Assembly: GCA_002633005.1 (NCBI GenBank)
Contig: NMRA01000435.1
Span: forward strand, 124,001 to 188,000
DNA: 64,000 nt
Reading direction: 5' to 3'
From: Phoronis australis
Lineage: Eukaryota; Animalia; Phoronida
Shown: in pieces, positions 39,937 through 52,300 of the stretch
Numbering within the stretch: the stretch's first letter is position 1
Layout: every line of letters begins with the position of its first letter
Made by a program: the position numbers and the translations under genes
Notes under the pieces: model-generated
Seen by the model: the letters and a program-made list of their open reading frames with translations, nothing else
Told to the model about the DNA's origin: nothing
Database searches by the model: none

Positions 39937-40308
39937 CCTTTCGTATGTTTTATTTACGTCGTTCCATCAAGTGTCGTCAATCCCTCGTTTTGATTTTGGC
40001 TGTAAAACTTATTGTTTTTACACTCTTTGGCTCCGTGTTTAGCACTCGATAGAATTTTTAACTCTCATGTTGACAATTTTCTTTCGCGAATTGGCATTTA
40101 TAAGTTGTCCGTGGTTTACTATTTCGAAAAATCTTTCAGTGGGAGTAATTCTCAACATCCTCAACTGTTGTGGCGCTTTGCTAGGCACTGAACATTTGTA
40201 AAGAAGGATAGCGCGTGGTGTGTTGATTTTGAACGGTTCTCGATTTTTAGTAGACAGTGGGAAATTTGTTGACGAATAACATAAAAGACTATATAAGAGG
40301 AATCAAGA

Positions 40309-40384
40309 ATGAAGATTCGTTCTACATGGACATTGTTTTTTGTACACGTGGTGTTATTGTCGTGGACAACAGTTGTACAAAGCC
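40309..40384 (+). CDS. VLDLR: Lipoprotein receptor exon 1 (signal peptide)
   Basis: [25 protein letters not shown] followed by phase-1 donor C|GTAAGT that matches LA1. Confidence 0.8.
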
Positions 40385-43300
40385 GTAAGTGATGAATGGC
40401 ATACTGTCTCCATTTCGTAAATGCCTGTGTGAACTTTCGCAAATATTTATTACGTTGTTGTTTCTCGTGATTTGATGATCGTCATTTTACTCTGAATTGT
40501 TCTTGAGTTTGTCCTGAGCAAAATTTATTCAAATTCTGAAGAAATTTCATTCAAAAATCTCTATCGACACGCCTCGAAAAGTGTGTGGAAATGCCGGTCA
40601 GCTCATTAGCATAATCGTACGATCGCCATGATGAGTTTGATGATATGGCAATATGCGTGCTAAATTGCGCGAAATCTTTCCAATTGAAACTTGACATTGA
40701 ATAATTTCATATTATTTCGTATCTATGAAGAAAGAATTTCACAGGTTTGTTTTTAAAGTCACGTTGTTTATTTACAATCGGGGTATTTATGAACGTGTGG
40801 AAAGGAAGGGCGTGTATTTTTGAGTAGGCCTAGTGTACCTTGATCCTGCCCATTTCTCTACCGTGACTTGGTTGGGGGGTGGGTATGCCAGTTTGTTTTT
40901 AAGCAAGAAAAAAACCAATTATCAGCTTACTTAGCAAATATTTCAAATGACTTTTATACACTAAATGTTTTCCTGAACTTTTCTCTTATTTATCTGAGTT
41001 TCAAATTTGTAATTTGTCATCCTGATTTTCAAACTTTTCAAAATTTGTCTCCCTGATGTAGTTTGCTGTTTGTGTACATTGTAAATTCATTAAAAGGGGA
41101 GTAGTTCTCAATCTTAACTATTTTTGTTGATTAATTTAACAATTGTCTATAACATTTTAATTTTCTACATCATTTTTTGCCCCTCAATTGTGATGTCGTC
41201 TGAAGTCTCGAGAAGATGTTATTCTGTGTGGAGAAGTTTTCATAGTTCTTGTTGTAGAATTTTATTCATTCTGTGTTTTAACAGGTTACTGTTCCAACAC
41301 TCAGTTCGAGTGTCGTAACAAGCGATGTATACCTCAGATCTGGAAGTGCGACGATGACGATGACTGCGGGGACAATTCTGACGAGACAAGTTGTCGTAAG
41401 TTGCAGTTGTACCCTGCCACTTCACTAACTGAAAAATAGATAAATGAAAAATAACAATATTACTTCACTGCACACCTTAAAATGATCGTTGTCTTTTGTC
41501 ATGACGGTGACCACTTTTAACCTTAAAATGTCAAGATTTAAAAAATAAATTTTCAATAGCTCTGACATCTTGTGAAAATTTGTAGGTTTTAAGTTTTAGT
41601 TTCAAATTTCAAGCAGTCAGAAATGACTATCTAATATATGTGGCCATATTTCTAACAAGAAAGTGGCCTGAAGTACTAGCATTAGTGGCAAGTTGGAGGT
41701 GTGTCAGATTCTGTCGTTTCATTGGTCGAAAGCTCAATATCTCCTCATGCCTTGTGATGTCTACATAAATTAGCCTACTTTTATAGTGTTTTTTATGAGA
41801 AAAATGTATTTATGGGGTAGTAATAATGGATTTGTTTAAGGAGATATTTTATATAGACTGTTGAAACTTTTTGCCCACAAAAAGGCATGATTTTATTTAC
41901 AGTCGAAGTTTTGAAAATGTTCAAGTCAACTCTCTAGCATGTATGGTATTGGTTTATCAGTTGTTCACCATAAGGAATCCAAATAAAGTTTGATGTACAA
42001 CTTACTGAAGTTAAGTAAATCTTTTCTTAAATTGTCACTTTTTTGTGCAAAGTGTCTGTGACAGTAATTATTTGGGTATTTTTAAATTTAGACCACATGG
42101 CCTCAAGTGATCCAAATTTAGCTGGTTTGTTGTGTGATATCTCCAGTGCTAAAATTGTGCTATTAATGAAGTTATTTTTTTAATTATGAAGTTTCAGAAA
42201 ATAAAATTCGACCATAGCGTGTGCTTGAGAAGAATTTTCTAATATTACTGTACTTATAAAATGTATGGGTTCCTCAAAATTTTAAGAAACACCAAATCCT
42301 TAGAATATCACTGGGGGTGTGCCAAAGAGCCCATTCTTTGAATTGGCTTTGACAACAAAAGAACAGTCCTCGAACAGAAGCTTTGTTGTAAGCCTTGGCA
42401 GCCAGCCAAAAGTCATGGAGCACATGCTTGTGTTATTGTATGTTTATTTACTACCCATGGCATTCATAGCAATTCGCAAACAAAAAGTTGTAAAGTTTCC
42501 ATGTTTTTTTTTTTGTGAATGATTTTCTTTTGATGATGAGATATTTCGTGTTGGTCGCTTTCCAGCTCAAGTCTTTCTGTTCCTTAGAGACACGATTTTG
42601 TGGTACTTGTAAAACTTAAGGATGGAGATAAGGTTATTTTTGTGTTCAGCTTCTTTTCAACTGCAGCTTTGCCATAGAAATTATCTCTGTTGATGCCCTG
42701 GCTGCACTTAGTGTGCGTGAGATGTTTTGGGACATATTTTTTTCATCCAAGACCCACACACTACACGCAGCGTGTCGATATCTTAAGTTTGGTGTCTCTG
42801 ATTCAAAATTCTGAGAACAATTTTGAGGGATTTAAAAAACAACATACAGTAAAATTGGTGTAGAAAATGCCATAATTTTAAACTTGGGTGTCTGTAAATT
42901 AATCAATGACATGTGCTGACATCATACATATTGATTGGTGGAAGACTGTGAGGAGAGAATCATCTCGCCACGTCAGTGACCATCATAATCTTGTATCTAT
43001 TTAAATACAGGAGTGGGAGGTATCCGTATGGTGTGATCAGTCAGTCAGTTCTGTGGCCACAAATAGCTTACCTATCTTGTTAGCGCTGGGGTGTTGGCAT
43101 AATTACATCATATATTTTGTCTATCTCGCAGAATAACACGTTTTTGTAAAACCAAATTTATATGCCATGAATCTTTTTTGTGATACTTTTCGCGGAGACA
43201 TAACATTAAGTTGTTTACGACCTTTTTTCTGAATTGTAATTTCTAAATTAAAATATGAGTTATTGGTTAGTGTTAGAAACTCACGTTTTACATAATCTAT

Positions 43301-46300
43301 TGTCCCAGCAATTTTTTCTTTGTTCCGTCCATTAATTGTGAGCGATTTGCTGAGACACGCTCGCCAATCAAAAGTCTACTTTAAAAATTATGGTCATCCG
43401 TCATGGCGTGATATAAACCGTAGCAGTCAATGAACTGCTAACATCTGCCACAGCCGGCAGTTTAGTGAAAATTGGTTTTTGAATTTAATTTGAGAATAAT
43501 ATTATCTCTTTTTGCTTGACTGTGAAACACGTATTTCAAAACTACCCATTTACCGGTAAGTATATCGAGCAAATAAAAATAACCCAATTTTCAATGTATT
43601 CGGACAGTGCCCTTGTTATTTGACCCAGACAGTGCTATCCCTGTTGTTTGCTGTTTGCAAGTGAGAACACTGTAACCTAAATTTGTTTGAAAGTCAAACA
43701 ACTGACAAACCCAGTCTGCTCTTGAGGAAATTTCTTGTTTAGTCAGTGACATTCTGTTCATGTGGTATCCCAGATCAAATGAGATGCCGTTTCTGCTTTT
43801 TGGTGAGATTGATGAGGGACTGTAGGCATTTCCATCAGAACTGAGCACTGTTGCCATGGCAATATCTGGCCAGTGGCACAGAGTTGGCCTGAACTGGTTC
43901 ACTCACATTCCACACATAGTTCTGGACAATCCTATGAAAACAAGTCTTCCTGGTCTCCCTTTGTTGCCGGTCTTGTCCTACCAGGAAAAGCTTCTGGTCT
44001 GGGTTGGGGTTGTCTGAACTTTGGCACAAGGAAATAGACTGAGTGTGTCTCCAGTAGTTACTCTTTTAAATCGTGTAAATTGTCAGTTCTCTGATTCCCA
44101 TCCAAATTTGTTGAGGTATTCTAGACAAAAAATCTTCAAAATCGAGACGGTCATCTAATTTTTTTGTTTTTAAAATTGCGCTGACTGTTAGCTTATTTTT
44201 TGTGTGAATTCTTTAATTCGTTCAAAGGTTTCAATCTATCTGGTTAGGTCACGGCAAAGAAAAATATTAACATGTCTCTAAAAAAGGTAAACATGTCAGG
44301 AAACGCTTGAACATGGCCTTTTAAGTGTGCACCCAGGAGCTGGGGTGTCATTGTGCTCTGTTTGTATTTGGTCTTAGCCAGAGGTGTGGGGTATCGGTCA
44401 ATAGTGATCTGTTTGATTAGGCAGGGTCTAGTATTTTGTGAAGAAAACCAAGGGGGAGAGTGTTCATCTACAAAGGTGTTTAAAAATGGCCTGATGGATC
44501 ACATGCTACTCCACCGGCTTTTCACGTATGCTGGGTTTGACTCCCAGGGGGCGGTAATTGACCTCGTCTGGGTCAGTTTATGATTTATTGCATTCATGAA
44601 TCTTGTACCATTCAAAACTGGCACAAGTCGGTTGAAGAGGTGAAAAACATGTAGATTAAACCTTATCAAAATAGGTTAGAAATTATCCGCAGTTGTTGTC
44701 TTGGGTGTTTAAACTCATTTAGATAACAAGCCCAAAAGTACTATTATAAGCACAGTTTTGAATTTACTGGATGGTTAGATGTTTACTGTCTCCTTTAGCT
44801 AATATTAATATGCCTAACCTAATTCGATGACTGATTCCATTCCAAACACAGTTAGATGTCCAGTTCTCTAAAACTGCATGTCATACTATTGCACAGATTA
44901 ATTGAATTTTGAAAACACAGTGATTGTGAAGCTATATTGTAGGTGAATGTATGCACTGGAGAGCCTAGTTCATGCTTTTCATAGTCTCTCTCCAGCTACT
45001 AATACCATAATGACATGTATTCCAGTTAGAATATCTAATCTACCCTGCAGTGTTCTGTAGGCAGACAATGACTGTCTGGTTATTGAACTGAATGACAGTC
45101 ACCAGTGCATTGCCATGGTATTGATTCTCTCAGGCCTTGTGGTTTTGTATGGCCTGAGTTTCTGCGGCTCTGATTGGCTGGTTACTGAGCTCCTGATGAG
45201 CAAGAACAGGGTTGTAGTGACATATTCAGATACTAGGTTAATCAATGATGAAAATGTCAGGAGAATGGTTGGAAAAGGCCGTCTCCACGTGACACATTTC
45301 ACATTTCAGGACAAATGTCGTAACATTTTGACAAATGACAACTAGGGCAAAAGCCACACACAGTAACAGGCCAGGTTAAAGAACCTAACCACTCAACCAG
45401 TCAGTCTCAGTCTGGGTTTTTGTGTTGCTGAGTTCCTTTGTTTCCATGCACAGCTATGTGTGTCTGGCAGTTGTCCAGCTCCTGTTGAATCTATTGATCA
45501 TTTGAAAATGGTCATTGATTCGTTATGTAACCAGTACCAATCTGAGCCAGTTCAAAACCTTTAAATGTTATTAATGAATAACAGCATAGTTATAGAAGTC
45601 CAGTGTTTGTATTGCTTGCCCATTCACAGAAGGGAAATATGATCAGCTTCCAAGTTATGATGAAATCCATCCACAAAAGTACCCACAAAAAGGTTCAGGA
45701 AGTACAGGCTTTTGTTATGTATACCCACCAGAACTAATTTTGGCAAATTGCCTATTGTAAGGCCGCTCCCCGTAAGCTCTCTGAAAATTTCTCACCAACT
45801 TAGGTCACAATGTATTGGAAAATAGAATTTTATTTTAATCTTAGCTGAAATCGTCGACTTCTTCATAATCGGGAGGTGTACTGGGGCTATCATAGAATAA
45901 AGAAAATACCTTGATTGTTTGCTGTGATGCCGTGAGCCTCTGAATATTAAAAAATAACAGTTTTGCCTCTCTGTCCATTGTGAAGAAAGCAAAGAATTAT
46001 TGGGAAATGATAAACTGACAACATCTGGTCTGTTTTACTACGCACACAATATATCCTTTTCAGCTGTGAAAGCCTGCTCAGACGACGAGTTCAAATGTAA
46101 GAACGGAACGAAATGTATCCCATCTCGCTGGAAATGTGACGGAGACGCGGACTGCGAAGATGGGTCAGATGAAGAGCCAGCGACTTGTCGTAAGTTTTTA
46201 CTGCATTTTTGTGTCAGCAGCTATAGTAGTTTAACTTTGAAAAATCTTGTCATTGAAAAGAATACACCAAGTATGCACGAGCAAAAAAAAATGTGAACAA

Positions 46301-49300
46301 ATTTGGTATTTTTAACCCTGCAATTTCAACACAAGTATGAAGCTCTATAACTACAACTATTTGGTCAAAAGTGAATAGGCTGTGGTGTTATTAAAGTTGT
46401 GGCCTTGAACAGATCTCTGTTACGAAATCTTGTGTAATTCATGGTGTGAGCGACTAAAGTAGACTGGGGAGTGACCCCCCAGCAAATGTGGTGCCATTAG
46501 GGAACCATTCATTGAGTCATACACCATAGGCTGTGTCATCAGAGTGTGAGTAACACCTCCTGGATGTCGTTGGAGTATTTTGTCTTGCGCAACTCTTCCC
46601 CATAGTCCTAGTTTGTAATAAAAGTTAGCAGGTTTGACCCGAAAAATGACTTGCAAAACCAGTGTCAATATTGACCAAGGTTGGTCTGCCTGTGTGTATA
46701 CCTTATCTGTCATCGGGCGATATTTCTAACCGGTACTGGCAATATATTGAGCCACGCTGAAGTTGATTGCTGAAATAAAAAAGTTGGGAGCGTACTGCTC
46801 AGTTGTTAAAATGTATTTTTTGTCCAGTGTTAGTGATATTACAGTTGGTGTTACGGATTCAGTCCAGGAGCAAAAATGTGATGTCAAACACGTGATATGT
46901 TGGTCAAGCACTCGTGACAACTGTATATTCATTAGATAATAACTCGAGGGTTACTTGATTATGTTTTTGAGGGGTTTGGAGCTGAAAAATTAAGATACCC
47001 GGCCATTTAGACAATGGGTTTGGAAATAAGTGATCTGCTTGCAGAGAGGTTCCATATAAAGTCACTCTTTCGGAGGCTTTTGTTCCAGATGATTATTTCG
47101 TAAGGGTTCGATTCATAAGCCTGACTCTCTCAGAGGAACTCTTGTGCAGCTGAATTTTAAGCTAAATAACCTGAAGCTGTACATGAAGAGATGTCATGTT
47201 GCCAAAACTGAGTATGTCTTTTAAAAGCAAAATTTTTTACATTTATGTTATAATTCTGTTGATGAGGTTCAAACTACCAAAATTAATTATTTTGAAGGGA
47301 ATGAAATCAGATAATGCACCCTTTCATATCGAACTAACAAACTAGTAATTCCAAGCTTTCCTGTACAATTTTGTCACACACGTGTTGTTTATACTTATAA
47401 TTCTCTTGTGTTGTTTTTTTATTCATTAGATTCTGCACTGTTTCATAGTCTAATATCTTTATCCAGGCCATATTTGTTTTTGCACAGTTTTGTTTTGTCA
47501 CTGTCTCAGCCCAGGGATATTACCTGTCAGTGCTGTACAAAGCCAAGAGTTCATTTCATGGTCATCATCCAGGGTCAGTGTAGAGGTCACTGCCACTATC
47601 TGATATATCACACCATATTTTTATTATTCATCCACCTACTGGTAGCCTAGGTTGCTAGGCAACTGTCTGCGGACTGCAGTTTAAGATTGAAGTTCAAGTC
47701 TTCAGTACAATTGACTATCTCGAGATCACCCTAACAATTTGTGATTGGTTGCAGAATTTGGAAATTACTCAGATTTGAAGTTTGAGAAAAGGGGAAAGAA
47801 TCTAGGATGCCGTTTTTTCTGAATTTTTACTCCTACTTGTAACATTTTTTCAGTATAATTTCTTAAATGTCTTCTCATACTGGCTCATGTTATTGCAATA
47901 GTGGTGCACTGCTGTTTTGTACATACCCGAAATTGTAGACACCTATTCAGAACGGGTTAACCGTGAGAAAACCAGTAGACAATATGAATGGCCCATGAAT
48001 GGCTTTTCTTTTATGAATGTTACCGGGTCATTCACCAGGAGTTTTTACTCTCAATGGCCGATTGTGGGCTTGTGGCTTTTTACTTCATTCTTGTATTGCT
48101 ATCCATTGAAAGTGCATTCTTGTTTATTGTGTTCGTGTTAGATAAAGAATGTGCAAGAAAGATCTAATATGTCCTTAAAATGTGGTAAGATAAAATGTGG
48201 TAAAATAAAATGTTGTAAAATGTGTAATTTATTTGATCTATTTTAGTGGAATTATGTGACATAATTCTGTGCCTATTTAGCTCACAAAGTGGTGAAAAGT
48301 TGAAATTTTGTTTTGTCTAAATTCTCTGCAAAACCAACTACTTTAATATATTGTTAGGTTTCTTTCTGCGCAAGTGTCATAAAACAGTATTTGGTAAAGT
48401 TCTCATTCTTTGCAGCTAGCTAATTAGTCTTTAAACTGTGGAAATTGAAGATTTATGCAAATGATTTCGTGTGAAACTAAAGGAGAATTGTGTAGTTAAA
48501 TCTTCTCCGTGTTACTCAGAAAAACTTTTATTTTCTTTCTGTCCATAGCAACTGTGTTGGTTGCTGTTGTGGTCATACGAGTCCATATATGCAGTCACTT
48601 GTATTTTCGAGTGATCTACCATGTTCGCCCATGTCAAGCATTGTAACTGGATTGCTGTCGCCTTTTTCTAGTGGCCATGACCTGTACCGAGGACCAGTTT
48701 GCGTGTGGCAAGAACCAGTCCTGCATCCCGCTCGAGTGGAAGTGCGACCAGCAGGTTGACTGCAAGAACGGCGCGGACGAGAGAGGCTGCCCAAGGGCTA
48801 CATGTGAAGCTGACCAATTTCATTGCAACAACGGAAACTGCATATCTTTCAAGTGGACGTGCGATCAGGACGATGACTGTGGAGATAACTCCGACGAGGT
48901 TTCGGTCAACTGCGGTAAGTGTCCTGTCAATAGTCAGATAGTTGTGTGTGTGGGTGCGTGCGTACGTGGTCTTGTGAATCGCTATTCCTGTAGACTTATC
49001 TCTTGGCTGGGGGCTGGGCAGAAATGGACAGCGCTATAAATGTCTCCTGCAACAACAGGGACAATCTGGTTCAAAATTAGATTGCTGAATCTCTCCAAAA
49101 TGTTGCTTGGTTCTCCGCCAGTCTTGGTTGTTTTTCCAACTTTTTCAAAAGCACACTGAGAACTGTCTTGTTTACGGCATGGCCTTTAGTTAACATTTTG
49201 TCGTTAACAGGTGAGTACACCTGCGGTGAGAAAGAGTTCAAGTGCACGGGAAAGAACTTCACGCGGTGTATCCCGGAGCATTGGAAGTGTGATGGCGACC

Positions 49301-52300
49301 AGGATTGTGTGGACGGCAGTGACGAAAACCAATGCCAAAATGTGGAGAACAACTGTCGCGAGAGCGAGTTCCAGTGCGCCACCTCCAGTAAGTTTCCTAC
49401 ATCACCTACGCCCCATAAATCAACACATTTTTCTGTTATTGCTAGTGATGCGACGGCCTTTAACGTGAATAATTGGCCTTTGCACACCATTTCAGACAAA
49501 GTTATTTATTTCTTTTGTCGAGAAAACTCGCCTATTTCCATCTAGTGGAGTTTGTCAGAGTTTGTGGTATCAGCAGCTTTCCACAGTGTAAAGGTTAATA
49601 CATGCCTGTTGGTAACATGGCCGCGTGTGTTGTTCACAGAGCTCTGCATCCACAAGTCGTGGCACTGCGATGGGGACTATGACTGCATGGACAATTCGGA
49701 CGAGACCGGCTGCCCGGCAACCACATGCCGACCGAGCGAGTTCCAGTGTGGCAACCATCACTGCATCCCCGGCAGCCTCCAGTGTAACGGGCAAGCTGAC
49801 TGCGAAGACGGCACTGACGAAAAGTTTTGCGACTTTCCCACACGTCCCCAGTGCGACAAGAGAACGCAGTTCGACTGCTATGGCGATGGTTCCCAGTGTG
49901 TTGAGTTAACCCATGTGTGTGACCATACACAGCAGTGCGACAATGGCATGGATGAATCTGTTATGATCTGCAGATTGAAACGTAAGTAGCTATTAAATTC
50001 CATCCTTTCACGTACTTGTTTCGTAGGCATTGTTATAGGGCTTGTTGTTTTTCATGTCTTTGATAGGGTTTGTCTGTTGTGAGCATTGTATACATGCAGA
50101 TGCTTGATTTCCAAGTGAAATGACCACACTTTGATATGCGCTTAGTATGGGTTGACGTTGATGGCTGGTAAGAATTACAGCTTTGTGATTCACCGGTTGG
50201 CTTTTCTCTCCTATAGGGCAATGCGAAATAAACAACGGTGGTTGCAGCGACCTCTGTCAGTACGACTCCAGAGGTATCACATGTGCTTGCTCATCGGGCT
50301 TTAAACTGGACAAGAATGGGAAGACATGCGATGACGTCAACGAATGTCAAGAGATCCCTGGCCTCTGCTCTCAGGTGTGCGAGAATGTCAAGGGGCACTA
50401 CAAGTGTCACTGTAAGGAAGGCTATTGGGTCGACCCTGAGAATCCACATGGATGCCGACTAGCCAGTAAGTATTCTCTTGTTACCAGTGTGCACGTTACT
50501 TGTAGCAATAGCTTTCATAACATTATGTCTTGTCTTGTGGCTTTCTTTCGTGTTGCCGTTGTTGGCATTGTCACTTGATGCGGACCTTCATCCTGCACAA
50601 GATTAGTATCTAGACTAGATCATGTCTTCTTTATTAGAATATTAAAAATGTTTTTCAAAAGGGAATGAGGCATCAGGGATACCGTTAGCATTTTGATCTC
50701 CAGTCTCTTGCCGTCCGTTCCCAGAAAAATCGTTTCATGAAAAATGACTTTGTAGCCAAGTTAGAAATTTGACCTTACGTTTCACACAACTTATCTTGAT
50801 TGAGCAGAATTACAATGTCCCTAAGAATATACCCACAGCCGGTGGTTACTGGGAAAACTTGTATCAATTGTTCCTAGGCAATGATAGGCTAAAAAACGCA
50901 TGGCTAAACCGTTATTCAGTAATTGTGAAGTAAGACAAAAGTCATATTTCATGAAACGTACATCTGAGCTCAAATCTGGTCTTTACTTAGTGTTTCCTCT
51001 TGTCACCTTTATACGTGTCATTCTTGGGTTTTCATCCCGTTCTGTCAACTCTCTTTCAGAGAACAATGCCACCATCATATTCTCCAATCGCTATGAGGTC
51101 CGTGTGATGGATATCCGCAAGCGCAACTACACCACCGTGTTCAACGAGACCCGCAGCGCTGTGGCACTAGACTTTGACCTGCGGCGCAATGCCTTCTTCT
51201 ACACTGATAGCGCTGAGGAGAAGATCTATCACGTAACTAAAGATGGCAAACGCATTACACTGGACATCAAAGTCGCCATGCCTGATGGCATCGCGTATGA
51301 CTGGATCCATCACAATCTGTACTGGACAGATACGGGCAAAGACGTGATTGGAGTGATCAGTTTGGATGGTGGTATGCAGCGCATTCTGGTCGACCACGCC
51401 GATGGCCTAGATGAGCCGCGGTCGATCGTGGTCGACCCGCTGAACGGTTGGATGTACTGGAGCGACTGGGGTCAGACAGCGGCCATTTTACGCGCAGGCA
51501 TGGACGGCTCACATGTGGAGAAAATCGTACAACGCAACATATTGTGGCCGAATGGCATCACTATCGGTATGTGGCTGATCGTGTGTCCTTTCACGGTTTA
51601 CAACCATGATCATACATTTGAGCATTGCACGTTTCTTGTGCGATTTTAGAGATTCCTTTCATACGAATACATGTGAAGTTAACTTTTGAAGCCAAAATTC
51701 AGCCATGCCTTTGGTGCTTTCTCTGCAGTCTTTGGTCGAGGTTGACTTTAGTGCACAACCTTTTCAATAATTGATGAAATTGTTTGTTTTCAGTGATTAT
51801 TAAATCTCCAAATCGTTCCCTGAAAGTTGGTAAAACTGCCCAGACACAATCTTTTGAATCAGTCCGTCAACTGCATTTCATGTTGTGTTTTACAGACTAT
51901 GCCAGCAGTCGCCTGTTCTGGGTTGATGCCAAGCTCCACACGATTTCCAGCTCTGACCTGAATGGGGGCAACCGCTATACTGTCTTGACCTCCATGACTG
52001 CGCTAAGTCACCCCTTTGCCATCACGGTCTTTGAGGTACACCACTAAACCTTTTGTTCGTGTTGCCTTAGATTGTAGACATCAGTATTGCAACTCTGAAT
52101 TGTGCTTGAAATCCCTAAAAGAGGGCACCAGTCTCTTCTAAAAGCAAAACTTGGCTCCTTACAGTTAGTGAGCAGACAATGTACTTGACGAAGTAAAACG
52201 TGCCTCCTACCAGAGGCCTCTGTTAGTGAAGAATGAGGTCGCGGTCAATAATGTCGGTTGCGGCTTGTGCACAAGATCACAGGTGTTTATCAATTAGAAT

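Noticed and set aside
49204-49216. AG|GTGAGT as a recursive splice site
   Set aside because: It is the start of a required coding exon after a short intron; the Gly-Glu-Tyr codons explain the motif.
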